Source: Schmidtea polychroa
Taxonomy: Eukaryota
DNA length: 64,000 bases
Reading direction: 5' to 3'
NCBI GenBank assembly: GCA_044892525.1
Contig: CM097885.1
Location: 234,486,001 to 234,550,000 of the forward strand
Shown: positions 61,057 through 64,000 of the stretch, one piece after another
How the letters are laid out: every line of letters starts with the position of its first letter
How positions within the stretch are numbered: the first letter of the stretch is position 1
The notes under the pieces: model-generated
What the model was told of the DNA's origin: nothing
Databases searched by the model: none
Seen by the model: only the letters and a program-made list of their open reading frames with translations
Made by a program: the position numbers and the translations under genes

Positions 61057-64000
61057 CTTTTTAACATTTGCAAACGGTGAATTTCTATTACGCGTGTTGA
61101 TAGTATTTACTATATATTTCAAATCCAAAGTCGCTTATATTATATATTTAAGCAATTTACAGCTTAAAGTTTAATTACAACTTCTAAAGCATGATTTATA
61201 AAATTCATGTTTTAAATTAATTAATCTTATATTATATATAAATAAACCATTCTTCATTAATAAATCAAATTCAATTCTGTCTAATGGACAATTAGAATGT
61301 CTTTCTAACCAACTTATTAAACAATTACTACAATAAACATGGTTACAACCAGTAGTTATAGTTGAATTTATTTTTTTTGCGGATATTATTCATGTAAATG
61401 TCTTTAAAATATAATTGGTCTTCAATAAAAGAAGTAATTATCTTTTGAATAACTAACTATTAGCTGATAGATAGTTTAATTTCTATGATGTGGTATGTAA
61501 ACGCTACTCATATATTCGTTTTACAATATATTTCGACAGTTTTTCTATCATCATCAGATAAAATAGAAAAACTAAAAGAATTTACTAAGTTTCATTCTTA
61601 AAAAGAATGAAAAAATTATCTTTTCTTCAACACAAATTTTAAGAAAACAAATATCTAATTCCTTTCTATAAAGTGCAAAATATGTCGGCATGAGTCTTTT
61701 GTTGAAATTTATTAATAGAATTCATTTTATAATAATGATATAGTGCTTCTACCCAATAGACAATTTGGATTTACCAATAACCAAGATAATAAACAACCAC
61801 TGCAAAACTTATGATTGCAAAGATTTATTGTTACGGAATTATGAATATCATTATAATAAATTTTAATGAACAGAAAAATTGGTATCTAACGAATATTGTT
61901 CAAGGTTATAAAATCGATCAGAATGATGTCCTTACTCCAATTTGAAAAATTTCACAATTATTTTAATATATGCTTAATGAATGTTAATAAATGTATTTAA
62001 TTATATTTGTGTTTGTCTTTTCTTTCAAATAATAAAAATAATTTGTCAATTTTTAACAAAAAATTACAAAATGAACATTTTATAATTATAAAATACTTTT
62101 AATATAATATAATATAAATTAAAACATAATATATCTTTTATATAATATTTTAATATCAATTATAAAATAATTTAATGAAAAGATTGACTATGAATCAGTA
62201 AATACTTTTTTATTTACTGATTCAATGTCAATCTTTTTAATAAATACAATAGTAATGGAAAATAAATCAATAGTGAAATTTGTAAGAAAAGTTCTTATAA
62301 TATTATAAAATAATTCAAAATAAATAATGGTTAACTAAATAAATAATGTGTTAACTGAGGATTGACTTTCCAAACTTTTATCATCCGATAGAAGAAAAAC
62401 AGTTTATAATTTTGACTGGCTTTGCAGATCAATTAACTACATTTGTAACATAGCAATTACAGGTGGTGCTTTACTGGGATTAACATTAAAAGGCGACGGT
62501 AATATTTCAAAGTATGTGCTTTCATTGGATATTGAATCAAATACTTCTACCGATGTTTTGAAAAAATCCAACATAATCGCCATCATTTCTTTGTTTTGAT
62601 GAGCAAAATTTATTTAGTTCATCAATAAGTCATGCATAATTATTTCTCAATTGATTTTGAAAAGATGTAATTTAAGGATTACAACTTTCAGCAATCAGCT
62701 TCTTTCTCATGGAGTTTTAAATTCAAATTATTGAGATGGCCAGTCATGTCTACAAGAAAATATAAATCTCAATACTAATTATCATCCGATAGATCGAATA
62801 AAATTAATGGTTTAATATAAACATACATTAACTGTTCCATTTTTAACACTTGCTTGTACAAACTCTCTTAATGAAATGATGCAATGAAATATGTACAACT
62901 GATCAATTTATATATTTCACCTTCACATAGTTTTGTATCATTCGCCATACTACGGTCACGATCAGTAGCAATTAAATATGAAGTTGATAGATCTAAATAA
63001 TTTTCAACAAAACTATTTCAAAACGCATAAAATTATAATATTTTCAATATTTTTAAAATTTTAAAATTTGCATAACATATGCATATTATATGACAATACA
63101 TTATTTGATATGTCATAAAACGGAAATTTGTTTCTTTTTTATTCACTATATAGATTCCAATATTATAACAGAATAAGGATTTTAATAATTTTTGAAAATA
63201 TTTAAAAAATAATAATTAAAATGTGCAGAACAAAATACTAAGACTTTATATCATGTTTGAAAAAATCAAACTTTTTATCCATGTTTAAAAATTTGAAAAA
63301 TAAAATAATGCAAATTATGATTAATAATATAAAATCAATTATATAATGTAATTATGCATACAAAAAATTGTCCAGTGAAAATAACTTAAATAATTTAATG
63401 GATTCTGATTGGTTCAGAATGATTTGCAAGTTTCTGTATAAAATAGATGCAAAATAAAAAAATCATTTCTATAAAACGAAATAAAAGTGAGTTAATTTGC
63501 TACATACATAATCTTTCATAACTTTATTTTCTATAAATATATGTTTGAAAGGATGTTATCAAGTTAAGTTTTGATACTATCAGTTTAATTAGGAACCCTT
63601 TTAATACAAGTTATACATCACTGAATGTAATATTTAAGGATTACAATTACATATTCATTTAAAATATATATTTCTAATTTAAATTAATATTATGAAACTA
63701 ATTACTAGGAAACCAACAACTTTAAAACAAATATTATATAATATACCAGTTGAAAAATTCAAGATATCAATCGAAAAATATTTTTGAAAATATTTTTGGC
63801 AATCAATAATCAAATTCAAATAAATGTAAATGTATCATTTATGAATTGTGTAAAGGATAGTATTTGATAAAGTTAATGAAATGAATAAGTGATTAGGATA
63901 AAATTCAAAGTTTAAAAAATTAAATCATTCTATTAAATTCATTTTGAAAAATTACTGAATCAAATAATTATTTTAAATTAAAATTAATTTTATAAAATCT
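61057..64000. repeat. Spacer copy 4 (truncated by window end)
   Basis: Matches ~10073-13017 with a few SNPs and indels. Confidence 0.97.
62351..63016 (-). mobile_element. Decayed hAT transposase, spacer copy 4
   Basis: Near-identical to 11367-12033. Confidence 0.85.

Overview
Very AT-rich DNA, most likely a eukaryotic nuclear locus (it holds a decayed hAT transposase and Pol II/spliceosomal-type signals). The window is a nested tandem repeat. Level 1 is a 916-bp unit carrying one intronless minus-strand RING-finger (C3HC3D-type, putative E3 ligase) ORF. There are 42 near-identical units in four arrays of >=11, 10, 20 and 1 copies (1-10072, 17592-26747, 34267-52586, 60140-61056). Level 2 is a near-identical ~7.5-kb spacer between arrays (10073-17591, 26748-34266, 52587-60139, 61057->64000), giving macro-repeat periods of 16,675, 25,839 and 8,470 bp. 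Of the 42 copies, 25 encode 217 aa from ATG, 12 stop at K190*, 2 stop at L203* and 3 are frameshifted; all keep the eight Zn ligands. The unit appears to be the 5' part of a longer (~350 aa) gene split by a 1-nt frameshift, whose 3' part (the 117-aa ORF) survives once per array. The spacer contains older decayed paralogs of the same gene, a hAT transposase remnant, a 34-bp-arm hairpin, a variable 11-bp minisatellite, and a candidate CCAAT/TATA/Inr promoter with splice signals. No rRNA, tRNA or CRISPR was seen. Residue numbers follow the supplied TTG-start translation; CDS coordinates use the ATG (Met9).
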